DNA of 64,000 bases from Candidatus Proelusimicrobium excrementi (GTDB taxonomy: Bacteria; Elusimicrobiota; Elusimicrobia; Elusimicrobiales; Elusimicrobiaceae): the NCBI GenBank assembly GCA_934643455.1, contig CAKUBV010000001.1, forward strand, positions 258,692 to 322,691. The letters are read 5' to 3'. Positions 28,728 through 40,800 of the stretch are shown here, piece by piece. The first letter of the stretch is position 1. Every line of letters begins with the position of its first letter. The notes beneath the pieces were generated by a model, which did no database searches, was not told the DNA's origin, and saw nothing but the letters and a program-made list of their open reading frames with translations. Made by a program: the position numbers and the translations under genes.

Positions 28728-30080
28728 TTAATGCGGGGGAAAAAGGCTTTCTTCCTCGTCTTCCTCTTTTATAAGTTTAGGTTGAGCCGGCAGGGTTTCC
28801 GCAGCAGTCAAAGCTGCGTTCTGCGGGAGCTTTTTCGTCGTCTTTACGCCTATTTCCTTCAGCTTCCTGGCCGAGGTTAAAAGCCCTTGATTGCCTTCAA
28901 GGTTCAGCATCGCTCCGCCAAAAGCCTTATCGGCGTCGGTAAGGCCTTTTTTGATTTTCTGCATATTCTCATAGAAGTTGGCTATTCTGTCGTGCAGCTG
29001 CCCGCCTATTTTGACTATTTCGTCTATATTTTTTTGGCTTACGCTTATGCGCCACAGGCTTTCCACGGTTTTAAGTATCGGTATCAAAGAAGAAGCCGTT
29101 ACAAGAGCTATTTTTTTGCCGCCGGCGAAAACGCCCAAGCCCGGTTTGGCTTCAAGCGCGGCCATATAGGCGTATTCAACGGGTATGAACAAAAGAACAA
29201 AATCCGGCGTGCGGCCTTTAATTTCTTTCAAATCCTGATACTTTTTCTTGGAAAGTTCGTCAATATGGTGCTCTATGGAAGATATATGCGCGTTTAGATA
29301 TTCGGCCTTTTTTTCGGGATCTTTTTCATTAACGTAATTGGTATACGCCGTTAAGGACATTTTGGAATCAATTACGACGTATCTTTCGTCTGGCATATTT
29401 ATAAGGCAGTCGGGCTGCCTGTCCGCGCGCACGGCCGAGCCGTCTTCGGAATGCATGGCCGTTTGCGTTTCATAATGAACGCCCTTTTTAAGCCCGCTGG
29501 CTATAAGCACGTCTTCCAAAATCATTTCGCCGAAGTTGCCCTGCGTTTTGTTTTTAAACTGCAAGGCATTGGCCAAATTGCCGGCTTCTTTCTGTAAACC
29601 TTCGTTAAGGTTTTGCATACGGGCAAGCTTTTCCTGCAGTTTCTCCAGATTATCGTTAAGAGGGGCGACGATGTCCTTGCTTTCGGTTTTAAGTTCGCCT
29701 ATTTTAACTTTAAACACTTCGTCTGCCAATTGGCGGAAATTATCCTTGGCGGAAGCCTGAAGCCTGTCAAAAGCGGCCTGCTGGCGGGAAATATTTTCCT
29801 CAAGGTTGTTTTTAACCGCGTTAAGCTCGGCCTCTTTGGCTTTAAAGGCGGAAATTTCTTCTTTAAGGCCGTCATTTGCGGCGCGGCAGGCTTTTAGCTC
29901 AGCTTCGGTCTGAGCGTTCAACGCGGCCAAGTTTTTATTTTCATTTTCAAGAGCGGCTGATTTGGAAGAAATCTCCAAAATATTTTTATTTTTAGTGTCC
30001 GCTTCTTTCTTAAGAAGAAACGTCCACGCCGCCAAAAAGACGGAAAGGACTGCCAAAATGATAATCAGTGTAATTTGCAT
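28728..30080 (-). CDS. rmuC: DNA recombination protein RmuC
   Basis: N-terminal TM, long coiled coil, conserved RmuC C-terminal domain. Confidence 0.7.
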   Translation of the reverse strand: MQITLIIILAVLSVFLAAWTFLLKKEADTKNKNILEISSKSAALENENKNLAALNAQTEAELKACRAANDGLKEEISAFKAKEAELNAVKNNLEENISRQQAAFDRLQASAKDNFRQLADEVFKVKIGELKTESKDIVAPLNDNLEKLQEKLARMQNLNEGLQKEAGNLANALQFKNKTQGNFGEMILEDVLIASGLKKGVHYETQTAMHSEDGSAVRADRQPDCLINMPDERYVVIDSKMSLTAYTNYVNEKDPEKKAEYLNAHISSIEHHIDELSKKKYQDLKEIKGRTPDFVLLFIPVEYAYMAALEAKPGLGVFAGGKKIALVTASSLIPILKTVESLWRISVSQKNIDEIVKIGGQLHDRIANFYENMQKIKKGLTDADKAFGGAMLNLEGNQGLLTSARKLKEIGVKTTKKLPQNAALTAAETLPAQPKLIKEEDEEESLFPPH

Positions 30081-30159
30081 AGATATATATTATCAAAATA
30101 GCAAACAATATGTTAAATCAGAATTTGCGGGAGCGTAAACGCCCCAAACCGCCTTGGCG

Positions 30160-30195
30160 GGGCATACAAAAACCCCCGGCTTTTATAGGCCGGGG
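30160..30195 (-). terminator. Hairpin terminator downstream of pfp
   Basis: CCCCCGGC-cttttatag-GCCGGGGG with T-run on minus strand. Confidence 0.5.
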
Positions 30196-30211
30196 GCTGT
30201 CAAACTGATTT

Positions 30212-31915
30212 TTATTTCTTTTTGCTCTGTTCGTACCTGAGGGTTTCGGTCGTCATATCCGTAACGTCTTCCGGCCCGAAGAACTGCATAGGCCCGGGGA
30301 ACAGATAGCTTTCCGTAGCCGCCCAAACTTCTCTGTTTTTGACAAGCTGTTTAAACGGTTCGCCTTTAAGGTCTACCAAAGCTTTTCTTATAACCGGTTT
30401 TTCTTTGCCTTTTCTTCTTTCGATGTTCATCATCATCGTCAAAGGAATACCGCCGCAAGCCCAGTCTTTAGGGTTCTTGACGAGTTTCTTTACTGAAGAA
30501 AGATAACCGCTGCATTTATTTAAAGCCAAAACGGCGGCGTTATAGCCCAAAGCGTAAGTATAGTTGGCGTCAAAGTTTGAAGGTACGCCGCAGCGGCCTT
30601 CATAACCGAAGAAATGCGTTATGGCGGAGAATTTACCGCTATATTTGCCGTCTTTCTTAAGCTGGGCCAATCTCGCGCGGAGCATTTCAATCAAAAGTTT
30701 TTCGGTTTCAATCAAAGAAACCTGAACATTGCCGTGCGGATCTCTGTCCAGCATAAGCTGGGCGGCGATGCCCTCGGGGAGGGATTTCATCAAATCGGCC
30801 AGTTTCGCCGGCAGTTTGGAAATTACAAAAGCTTTCTTTTCCGCTACGGAATTAAGCTTAGAAAGTTCGGCTTCGTTATCTGCCAAAAGGTCGTTCAAAG
30901 CGGAAATAAGTTCTTTCATTTCCGGGATGAATTCGATTAAGCCTTCCGGCACCAAAACCACGCCGAAGTTCTTGCCTTCTTTAGCCCTGGCGACGACGAT
31001 TTTGGCCAAGTAGTCTATCACCTGCGCCAAAGTCATTTTTTTGGACAGCACTTCCTCGCCCACCAAAGTTACGTTCGGCTGGGTTTTCAAAGCCACTTCC
31101 AAAGTGATGTGGGATGCGCTTCTGCCCATTAAGCGGACAAAATGCCAATATTTCCTGGCGGAGTTTACGTCGCGGCAGATATTGCCGACCATTTCGGAAT
31201 AAATCTTGGTGGCGGTATCAAAACCGAAAGAGGTTTCTATATGCTCGTTTTTCAAATCGCCGTCAATCGTCTTCGGTACGCCGATAACGCTTGCGTCGAC
31301 GCCTTCTTTTTTAAGATATTCGGCTATTACGCCGGCATTGGTGTTGGAATCGTCGCCGCCGACCACCACAAAAGCGGAAATTTTGTGTTTAAGCAGGTTT
31401 TCCTTAGCTTGGCCGAGCTGTTCGTCCGTTTCGATTTTGGTTCTGCCGGATTGAATTAAGTCAAAGCCGCCCGTATTTCTGTATTTTTCCATCAGGGCGG
31501 GGGTAATTTCAATAAATTTGCCTTCTATTACGCCGCTGGGGCCGCCCAAAAATCCGTAAAGTTTGTTTTTGGAATTGGCCTTTTTAAAGCCGTCCAAAAG
31601 GCCGGCTATGACGTTATGCCCGCCGGGCGCCTGCCCGCCGGAAAGCACCACCGCGGCGTTAATCGGTTTTTTTGATACAGTCGAATTATTGCCTTTTACG
31701 AAAGATATTTCCGGCATGCCGTAGGTATGGGGGAAAATCTTTTTTACTTTAGCCTGATCGGCTACGCTTTTGGTCGGTTTGCCGGCTTTTACTTTTACGG
31801 AAGCCGGGCCGCTCTTTAAAATATTGGGAAGTACAGGTTTGAACTTACCCCTTTGACGCTGCAGCTGAGAGCAGGCCTGGGTTTTGCCTTTCGTATTGCA
31901 CTTTTTAGTGGCCAT
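30212..31915 (-). CDS. pfp: Pyrophosphate-dependent 6-phosphofructokinase (long form)
   Basis: 567 aa; GGDDS motif (VVGGDDSNTNAGV); PFK fold. Confidence 0.8.
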   Translation of the reverse strand: MATKKCNTKGKTQACSQLQRQRGKFKPVLPNILKSGPASVKVKAGKPTKSVADQAKVKKIFPHTYGMPEISFVKGNNSTVSKKPINAAVVLSGGQAPGGHNVIAGLLDGFKKANSKNKLYGFLGGPSGVIEGKFIEITPALMEKYRNTGGFDLIQSGRTKIETDEQLGQAKENLLKHKISAFVVVGGDDSNTNAGVIAEYLKKEGVDASVIGVPKTIDGDLKNEHIETSFGFDTATKIYSEMVGNICRDVNSARKYWHFVRLMGRSASHITLEVALKTQPNVTLVGEEVLSKKMTLAQVIDYLAKIVVARAKEGKNFGVVLVPEGLIEFIPEMKELISALNDLLADNEAELSKLNSVAEKKAFVISKLPAKLADLMKSLPEGIAAQLMLDRDPHGNVQVSLIETEKLLIEMLRARLAQLKKDGKYSGKFSAITHFFGYEGRCGVPSNFDANYTYALGYNAAVLALNKCSGYLSSVKKLVKNPKDWACGGIPLTMMMNIERRKGKEKPVIRKALVDLKGEPFKQLVKNREVWAATESYLFPGPMQFFGPEDVTDMTTETLRYEQSKKK

Positions 31916-32003
31916 GATATAATTCTCCTATATAAAAGTTATAACTTTATAATATTATAACTTTTTTCCCGTGGGAGAGTATCATTTTTCCGCTCGGCGC
32001 GTT

Positions 32004-33296
32004 TTAGAATTTTTTTTGAATTCTGCGGTAAAGAATCCACTCCGCCAAACCTCTTAGCGTCAAATAAACCAAAAATGAAAGCCACAGCGCGTTATTGCCC
32101 AAACGTGAAGCCAGCAGGAAATAAAGCCCGAAGAACCCCGCCGCCGCCGAGAGCATGGCGTCGCGCATCTGCCTTGAAGCCGTTATCCCTACAAATATTC
32201 CGTCCCATAAAAAAGCCGCAAAGCCGGCCAGCGGTACCAATACGGCCCAAGCTTTATATTTAAGCGCGGCGGAAACGACTTCGCTCTTATCCGTCAAAAG
32301 CCCCAATATCCCGCCGGCGAAAACGGCGTAAACCGCCGTAAACATAAGGCTCAGCGCAATGCCCCAAGTAAATATTCTGCGGACAATAAACTTAAGTTTG
32401 CCGAAATCGCGCGCGCCGAAACACTTGCCGCTTAAAGCTTCCGCCGCAAAAGCGAAGCCGTCCATAATGTAAGAAAACAAAATAAAAAACTGCATCAGCA
32501 GATTGTTTGCGGAAAGATATATATCGCCGCTTCTGGCGGAAACCGACGTAAAAAACACCGTAACCGCTATAAGGGCGAAGCTTCTTAAAAATATGTCGCT
32601 GTTGACTTTAAAAAACGCGGCGAAACCGCGGAGGGATTTTAAAACCTCAAAGGAAATATATTTTTTTAGTTTTCCGTAAAATTTAAACCAAATGAAAGCC
32701 GATAAAATAAAAGCGAAAATCTGCGCCGCCAAAGAACCTAAAGCTATCCCCTTAATGTTTAGGCGAAAGACAAACACGAAAAGCAGACTGCATATGATAT
32801 TTACGACGTTCGCGCTTATTGATATCACCATTGGGACTTTGGCGTTTTGCATACCGATAAACCAGCCCGTAAACGCGAACATTGCCAAAGCGAAAGGAGC
32901 GGACCATATGTATATGAAAAAGTATTCCGCCGCTAAAGCTTGGGTCTGCGGGGAAGCCTGCAAAAAGAAGAAAGCCGCCTTAAATATAAAACTTTGCAAA
33001 AGTATTAAAATTACGCCGGCCGAAACCGCCGTAAAAAGCGCGCGCATAAGCACGTTTACGCATTCTTGTTCATTATTTGCGCCTACGGCCTGCGCCGTAA
33101 AGCCGCTGGTGCCCATCCTCAGGAAAGAAAAGTTCCAATACAGAAAATTGAATATTACGCCAGCCGCGCTTACGGCCCCTATATAAAGGAAAGAAGGCAA
33201 ATGCCCCGCTATGGCGGTATCGGCCATAGCCAAAAGCGGAACCGTAATATTGGTAATAATGTTCGGCACGGCCAAACGCAGAATTTCTTTATCCAT
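32004..33296 (-). CDS. MATE-family efflux transporter
   Basis: 12 TM; MATE-like N-terminus. Confidence 0.7.
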   Translation of the reverse strand: MDKEILRLAVPNIITNITVPLLAMADTAIAGHLPSFLYIGAVSAAGVIFNFLYWNFSFLRMGTSGFTAQAVGANNEQECVNVLMRALFTAVSAGVILILLQSFIFKAAFFFLQASPQTQALAAEYFFIYIWSAPFALAMFAFTGWFIGMQNAKVPMVISISANVVNIICSLLFVFVFRLNIKGIALGSLAAQIFAFILSAFIWFKFYGKLKKYISFEVLKSLRGFAAFFKVNSDIFLRSFALIAVTVFFTSVSARSGDIYLSANNLLMQFFILFSYIMDGFAFAAEALSGKCFGARDFGKLKFIVRRIFTWGIALSLMFTAVYAVFAGGILGLLTDKSEVVSAALKYKAWAVLVPLAGFAAFLWDGIFVGITASRQMRDAMLSAAAGFFGLYFLLASRLGNNALWLSFLVYLTLRGLAEWILYRRIQKKF

Positions 33297-33409
33297 ATAT
33301 TAAATTATAGAAAAAACCTCTTCAATAGTTCCGCAAAAGAAAACAATGGAAAAATATCTTATGATTTTCTAATATTATGGTTGATTATATATTTTGAGAG
33401 GTTACCCCC

Positions 33410-34804
33410 ATGCCAAGCCAAAAAAACGCCGCGGAAAACGAAAAACAAATTCCCGCCGGGCCCAACTCCGCAAACACGACAACCGGAGAAAACCTAAACG
33501 CTTCTTCCGAACAGCAGCTTCAGGGAACTTTCGGAGCGGATTCAAAAGCGCGGCCTCTTTCAGACGTTACCGCCGCGGCCAACTCCGGCAAACCGGCCCA
33601 AGGCAATTTGGCGCAAAATCCTTTTGTGGTGCCTGTCCCCGCGATACCCACGCAGGAAGGCCCTCTTGGCATACGCTATGATTTTAACGACGGCGCGCGC
33701 GTGCTTCTGCCGAAAGGCAAGTGGCATGTTCAGATAGAAGACGCCGAAAGCGACAATATCATTTTTGCCTGCGACAGCGGCGCGGGCTGGGTTTTAAGCG
33801 CGAAGAAATATTATATACCTTTCAGAATAAAAGTTTGGATACAGGGGGAAAAGGACCCCGTCCTTAATCACACTTTGGACTTAAGCGGAAAAGAAGTCCA
33901 AATAAAATTCCCGGTAGGCACTTTGGGCGATATAATCGGGTGGCTTCCTTACGCGGAAAAATTCCAAAAGAAGCACAACTGCGCGGCGGAGCTTACCCTG
34001 GCGCAGAATATGGTTGATTTATTTTCCGCTCAGTATCCCCAGATGTTTTTTACCGCTGTTCCGGGGAAAGTAAAATTCGAAAAGCCTTACGCCAGTTACC
34101 GCCTGGGTTTGTTTTTTAAGGGGAATAACACTGACCAGCCGGTTGATTTCCGCATGGTCGGCCTGCATAAAACGGCCGCTTATATTTTGGGCGTGGACCC
34201 CAGGGAAGAAGCGCCCCGCGTGCGCCTTGGCAATGAAAGAAAAATCAAAGAAAGATACGTTTGCATAGCCGTAAAATCCAGCTCTCAGGCTAAATTTTGG
34301 AACAACGGCTGCGGCTGGGAGCAAGTTGTAAAACATCTTAAAGACATGGGCTACCGCGTGCTTTGCATTGATAAAGAGCCCGTCGTCGGGCAAGGCTTTG
34401 TATGGAACCGTATGCCGCACGGCGCGGAAGATTTCACCGGCAATATTTCCCTGCAGGAAAGAGTGGCCCTTCTTGAACACGCCGATTTTTTTATAGGTCT
34501 TTCTTCCGGCTTAAGCTGGCTGGCATGGTGTACGCATATCCCCGTAATACTGATAAGCGGCTTTACATTGCCGATATGCGAGTTTTACACTCCTTACCGC
34601 GTCTACAGCAGCCACGGATGTATGGGCTGCTGGGATGATATAAACCTTAACTTTGACCATTACGATTTTCTATGGTGTCCTAGGTTTAAAAATACGGAAA
34701 GGCAGTACGAATGCACCCGCCTTATAACCGGCAAACAGGTTATAGGACATATAGACAGACTGATGAAAGAGAACAATTTAACTGCTCCTTCAAAAAAGAA
34801 TTAA
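33410..34804 (+). CDS. Autotransporter O-heptosyltransferase (TibC/Aah BAHT family), GT9-like, with about 90-aa low-complexity N-terminal extension
   Basis: GT9-like C-terminal half; immediately upstream of AIDA-type repeat autotransporter. Confidence 0.6.
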   Translation: MPSQKNAAENEKQIPAGPNSANTTTGENLNASSEQQLQGTFGADSKARPLSDVTAAANSGKPAQGNLAQNPFVVPVPAIPTQEGPLGIRYDFNDGARVLLPKGKWHVQIEDAESDNIIFACDSGAGWVLSAKKYYIPFRIKVWIQGEKDPVLNHTLDLSGKEVQIKFPVGTLGDIIGWLPYAEKFQKKHNCAAELTLAQNMVDLFSAQYPQMFFTAVPGKVKFEKPYASYRLGLFFKGNNTDQPVDFRMVGLHKTAAYILGVDPREEAPRVRLGNERKIKERYVCIAVKSSSQAKFWNNGCGWEQVVKHLKDMGYRVLCIDKEPVVGQGFVWNRMPHGAEDFTGNISLQERVALLEHADFFIGLSSGLSWLAWCTHIPVILISGFTLPICEFYTPYRVYSSHGCMGCWDDINLNFDHYDFLWCPRFKNTERQYECTRLITGKQVIGHIDRLMKENNLTAPSKKN

Positions 34805-34813
34805 AAATAAGAT

Positions 34814-37800
34814 TTGGAGATTATTATGGCTATACCCGAAACAAGCGCGTATATAGAAAAATTGGAATACACTTACTGCCGCAGCAGGAGCGCGGCGGCC
34901 TGCGGTTTAAGTTCAGGCGCGGCCAAAACAAGATGCGCCAGAATAATAAACGGCGGCAAAAAAGCCGTTTATACGGCCGCGGTAATAGCCATGTTAAACA
35001 ACAATTTTACGCCTTACGCATATGCAGGCGTCGTCGTACCCGCGGGGGAAACGGCTTCCGGCGTGATAGTTCAGGGCACCGATGAAGAGGTGAACGCCAT
35101 GCACGTTTACGGCTCCGCGCAAAATACCGAAGTTAATTATAACGGTTACCAGTATATTTATTCCGGCGGGGCGGCGGGGCAGACTACCGTCAATTCCGCG
35201 GGATACCAAATCATTTTCGGCGGCGGAAGGGCCGAAAACACCACAATCACCAACGGCGGCGAGCAAATTATTTCAAGCGGAGCGACGGCCGACGGCACCG
35301 ACGTTAATTACGGTGCATTTCAAACGGTTTACGCGGGCGGAAGTTCTTTAGCCGTCAGCCAAAACGGCGGAACGATAAACGCCTCCGCGGGCCAAAGCGG
35401 CGAAAACGCCGCCACGTATATCAGCGGCGTAAACCAAAACGGGGAAGTTTTTACGCTTCAAAATGGTTCGGCAAACAATTTTATAATTAATTCCGGCGGA
35501 TATCTAAACGTAAATTCCGACGGACGGGCTGACAACACGATAGTAAATTACCAAGGCGCGCACGGAGTTGAGGCCGGCGGTCAATCTTTAAACATTACCC
35601 AAAACGCCGGCGGCAACATAAACGCGTCCGCAGGTAAAGACTCCGCCAATATCACAACGGTAATAAGCGGCGTAAACCAAAACGGGGAAGTTTTTACGCT
35701 TTCCGGCGGCGCGGCGCAAAACTTTGTCGTTAATTCCGGCGGCGCACATACCGTAACGGCCGGGGGGAGTTCCCTCAATTTGGTGCAGAACGCCGGCGGC
35801 AACATAAACGCCGATATCGGCGCGGACGAGAGCCGTATTTCCACATATATCAGCGGCGTAAACCAAAACGGTCAAAACCTTACTTTGGAAAACGGATCCG
35901 CCAATAATTTTATTATCAATTCCGGCGGCTGGCAAAATATATTTTCCGGCGGACTGGTAAACAATACCGTTATAAACGGTTACGGTTCACAAGCGGTGTC
36001 TTTAGGCGGGAAGGCTTTAAATACGGTAATAAACTCCTACGGAAGCCAAGCCGTATATGAAGGCGGCTCCGCCGTGAGTGCGGTTGTAAGCGGAACAAGC
36101 GCTTACCAAACTATTTATTCCGGCGGAAAAGCCGAAAACGTTTTGCTGGCGGACTACGCCGTACAGAATATAGGCGCGGGAGCTTCGGCCGAAAATACGG
36201 TTATAGAAAAAGACGGCCTTCAGCGGATAGATTCTACCGGCGCGGCTTTTAACACTGAGGTAAATTCCGGCGGGGCCCAAAGCGTACTGGCGGGGGGAAG
36301 TTCCTTAAACGTAACACAAAACGCCGGCGGGAACGTCAATGCGGCGATAGGCGGCGACGGAGCTTATATAAGCGGCGTGAACCAGAACGGGGAAGTTTTT
36401 ACGCTTTCCGGCGGCGTCGCAAACAATTTTATACTAAATGACGGCGGATATCACTATGTGGCGGCGGGCGGAAGTTCTTTAAATCTTACGCAAAACGGCG
36501 GATATATAAACGCGGACGTCGCCAAAGACGGCGCAAATATTAACACCTATATCAACGGCGTCAACCAAAGCGGAATCGCCATGGCTCTTTCAAACGGAGA
36601 AGCCGAAAACTTTATAATCAACAAAGGGTCGCAGAGAGTTTCTTCCGGCGGGATTACCGTTTCAACCGTGTTAAATAATTCCTCATATCAATACGTCGGC
36701 CCGGGCGGAACGGCAAGTTCCACCGCAGTACACAGCGAGGCCGAACAGCATATATCTTCCGGCGGGGCGGCTTACGGAGCGGTTTTAAGCGGATTTTCCG
36801 CATATCAAATAATTTCCGAGGGCGGCCAGGCTCAGGAATCGGTACTTAACTCCGGCGCGATGCAATACGTCCTTTCGGGTGGATATGCCAGCCGGGCGGA
36901 AATCAACTCCGGCGCAAGCCAGGTAATTTCCTTCGGCGGTTACGCTTACGGCGCGCAGATTAATTCCGGCGGGGTGCAATACATTTCCACAGGCGGATAC
37001 GTAGATTCTTCCTACGTTAACGAACGCGCAAACCAAGCGATAGAATCGGGCGCGACGGCTACAAACACCGTTTTGGCTTCCGGCGCAAAATTAAACGTTT
37101 TTGCGGGCGGAAGTTCCTTAAACGTAATACAAAACTCCGGCGCAAACATTAACGCAAGTATAGGCGCGGGAAGCGAATATGCCGGCACATATATTACGGG
37201 CACCAATGAAGACGGCAACGATTTTATGCTTTCCGGTTCCGTAGCGAGCGGATTTATAATCAATGCCGGCGGAATGCAGCTTGTTGACTTAGGCGGATCG
37301 GCTGTTGATACCGTTATTAATTCCAACGGATATCAGAATATCTCGGCCGGGGGAAGCTCCTTAAATGTAACACAAAACGCCGGCGGGAATATAGACGTAA
37401 TAGTCGGCCAAGACTCCGCAAATGCAGGCACTTACGTCAGCGGTGTAAATCAGGACGGTGCGGATTTAAGCCTAATAAGCGGCGTCGCCAGCAATTTTAT
37501 AGTAAACTCCGGCGGTTCCCATACGGTATTATCAGGCGGAAAATCATTGGACGTCGTCATTAATTCCGGCGGGAACATCTATGCGGTAGTGGCAAAAGAC
37601 GAAGCCAATATCAATACTTACGTCAGCGGTATTAACCAAGAGGGGGCGGAATTAACTCTTTCCGGCGGCGTGGCGAGCAATTTTATAGTAAATTACTTCG
37701 GCAAGCAAATAATATCTTCCGGCGGAGAAGCTTACGATACGATTGTAAATGCGGACGGCCAGCAATGGATATCCGACGGCGGAAGCGCATATAACGCTCA

Positions 37801-40800
37801 AATCAATGAAGGCGGCGTACAGCAAATATCCGCCGGCGGTTATGCGAATAATACCGACCTTAAAGGATTGCAGATTATATCTGCCGGAGGTTCGGCGGAC
37901 GCTACGGCTATAAACGGCGGCATACAAAAGATTTCCGGCGGTACGGCAGAAACCACTTTAATAAATTCGGGAAGCCAGTTTATATATGCCGGCGGTTCGG
38001 CCATAGGGACGCAGGTGGCTTCGGGCGGATATCAAATAGTAGACGTGGGCGGCTTGGCCGACGGCACGGTATTATCTTCCGGCGGGGTCCAGCAGGTTTC
38101 AGCCGGAGGCAGCGCAGTTAATTTGGTGCAAAACGCCGGCGCGTATATAACCGCGGACGTAGCCAAAGACGAAGCCAATATTTCCACCTATATACAGGGC
38201 GTAAACCAAAGCGGAGCGGATTTAAGCCTTATAAGCGGAGTCGCAAGCAATTTTATAGTCAGCGCGGGCGGAGCGCAAAACGTCTACTCGGGCGGTATAG
38301 CTTTTGACACGGTTGTAGAATCAGGCGGCAGGCAAAGCGTTACGCAGGGCGGAAGCACGGTAAACGTAATACAAAATTCCGGCGCGTATATAGACGTTGA
38401 CGTCGCCAAAGACGCCGCCAATATCAATACGGCCGTAACGGGAACCAACCAAAACGGCGGCGCGATGAGCCTTTCAAACGGCGTAGCGGAAAACTTTGTA
38501 ATAAATACCGGCGGGAAACAGAACGTCTACTCCGGCGGTATAGCCAACAACACTCTTGTAAGCGGCGTACAGACGGTGGTCATGGGCGGCTCGGCCAATT
38601 ATACGGAAGTGGCGGGCGGATTTCAGCTTGTTTCTTCCGGCGGTTTGGCTAAAAACGCTTCCGTAAGCATGATGGGCGTACAGGACGTTACCGGCGGCAC
38701 TGCCGAAGGCACGATTATAGGCGGCTTCGGCACGCAGACCGTGGCCGCGGGCGGAAGCGCAGTAAGCGCGGTTATAAACGCGGGCGGACTGCAGAATGTA
38801 TCTTCCGGCGGAACCGTAAATGATACTCAAGCCAATGATTCGGCCGTGCAAAACATTATGGGCGGCGTAGCCAATTCCACCTCGCTTAATTCCGGCGCGG
38901 TGCAGAATATAACCGCCGGCGGTACGGCAAGAAATACGGAAGCCGCCGGGGCCGTGCAGAACGTCATCAGGGGCATCGCCATAAACACAAATCTTAACGA
39001 AGGCGCGGCCCAAAACGTATCTTCCGGCGGCGTAACAAGCCACACTTATGTAAATTCCGGCGCGGTTCAAAACGTATATGAGGGCGGTACGGCCGTATCA
39101 GCTGCGCTAAGCGGCGGCGTTCAGAATATAGCCGGCCTGGCCAGCGGAGCTTTAATAGCCCAAGGCGGCGTACAAAATATTTTAGCCGGCGGATATGCCG
39201 AGGACGTAACTGCGGCTTCCGGCGGAACCCAAAACATCAACGCTTCCGCTTCAGCCAAAAACGTATATGCGGAGAGCGGAACCGTCAACCTGCTTTCAGG
39301 CGGTTCTTTGCAGGGCTATTCCGCGCAAGGCGGACTGCTGAACGTATACGGGGATAATCATATTTCCGGCGATATGGTTTTAAGTGCCGGCGCGGCAGTT
39401 AATATAGCGCAAGATTCCGCGGGATTTACAAATTTAAGCGCAGATAATATCCAGGCCGATAACGCCTTAATCAAAATGAACGTAAACCTTGAAACCGGGG
39501 AAAGCGACAGGCTGACCGTAAACGGAAATTATAAAGGCCAAACGGTACTTGCCTTAAGCAATACCGCAGATGTCGCCAAAGAAACAACCGGCGACGGCAT
39601 AAAACTGGTGGAGTTTGCTTTCGGCGCGCAAGTTGACGGAGATTTTGAATTGTTGGGCGGCAAATGGGACGAAGGCGGCTATGAGTATCTTTTGCACCAA
39701 GGCACGGCGGCGGGGGAAGGTTCGGATTATTACCTGCGCAATTCCATGGTATATACCGACGTGTTTAAGAGTATGCTTAATATCCCTTTGATGAACAGCG
39801 TAATAGCCAGAAGCGGAATGAACTCCCTGCAAAAAAGAATGGGCGATTTGCGAAATATGACGGAAGGCTCCAACCAAAACGGAATATGGGCCAGAACCTA
39901 TTATAAGGATATGCGCGTAAAAGACCTCGTTGAAACGGATATGAGCCTTTTCGGCGTTGAAGCGGGTTATGACTGGCTTTTTACGCCCAATGAACCCACC
40001 AAACTATACGCCGGCGTCATGATAGGCTACGCAAACGCGGGTTCAATAAAAACCGAAAAAGAAAACGGCTCCGTCTACGGCGACGGAAAAGGAACATCGC
40101 CGAGCGTCGGTATATACGCCACTTTGGTAAATGACGACAAATGGTTTGTGGATTTAGCGGCAAGAAACTTTTGGACCAAACTGGATATGACGCACTACTC
40201 AGCTTCCGGCAGTCAGCTTAAATTTGAGCCGGAGCGAAGCATTTTCGCCGTAAGTTTGGAAGGCGGCAAGGAATTTACTCAGGATTTGGGCGGGGATTCC
40301 TTTATCCGCATAGAACCAAAAGCGGAAATTGAGTATATGTCCGCTTCTTCCGACGAAACAAAAGTAAAAGGCGGAACCGGCCCCTTGGCATATGATAAAG
40401 CCAATTATTTAAGCGCAAAAGGCGCGCTTATGGTTGCTTACAGCATGCGCCAGGCCAACGGACTGCTTATAGAGCCGCTTTTGGAACTTGCCTACAGATA
40501 TGAGTTTATGGGCGAAGGCGACGTAAGCTACGGCGGAGCCAAAGAAACCACAAGCCTTAAAGGCGGCACGCTTGAAGCGGGGCTCGGTATAAATATGCAG
40601 CTTACGGAAAACCTCTACTGGCACGCCGTCGGCAACTATGAAGCCGGCGACAAATTGCAAGGCTGGGGCGTAAACGCCGGCATCAGGTACGCTTTCGGGG
40701 GGATTTCCTTTGGCGGCGGAAGCAAAAACAGCAAGAAAGCCCGCAAAGAATCTTTCTACGAATACAACAAATACGACCGTGGCTATTACGACCGTGATTA

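Noticed and set aside
35030-39300. Highly periodic repeats that could be taken for a CRISPR-like or satellite array
   Set aside because: The repeats are imperfect, about 57 bp with no unique spacers, and they lie in frame inside a 2036-aa ORF. They are protein-coding AIDA-type 19-aa repeats.
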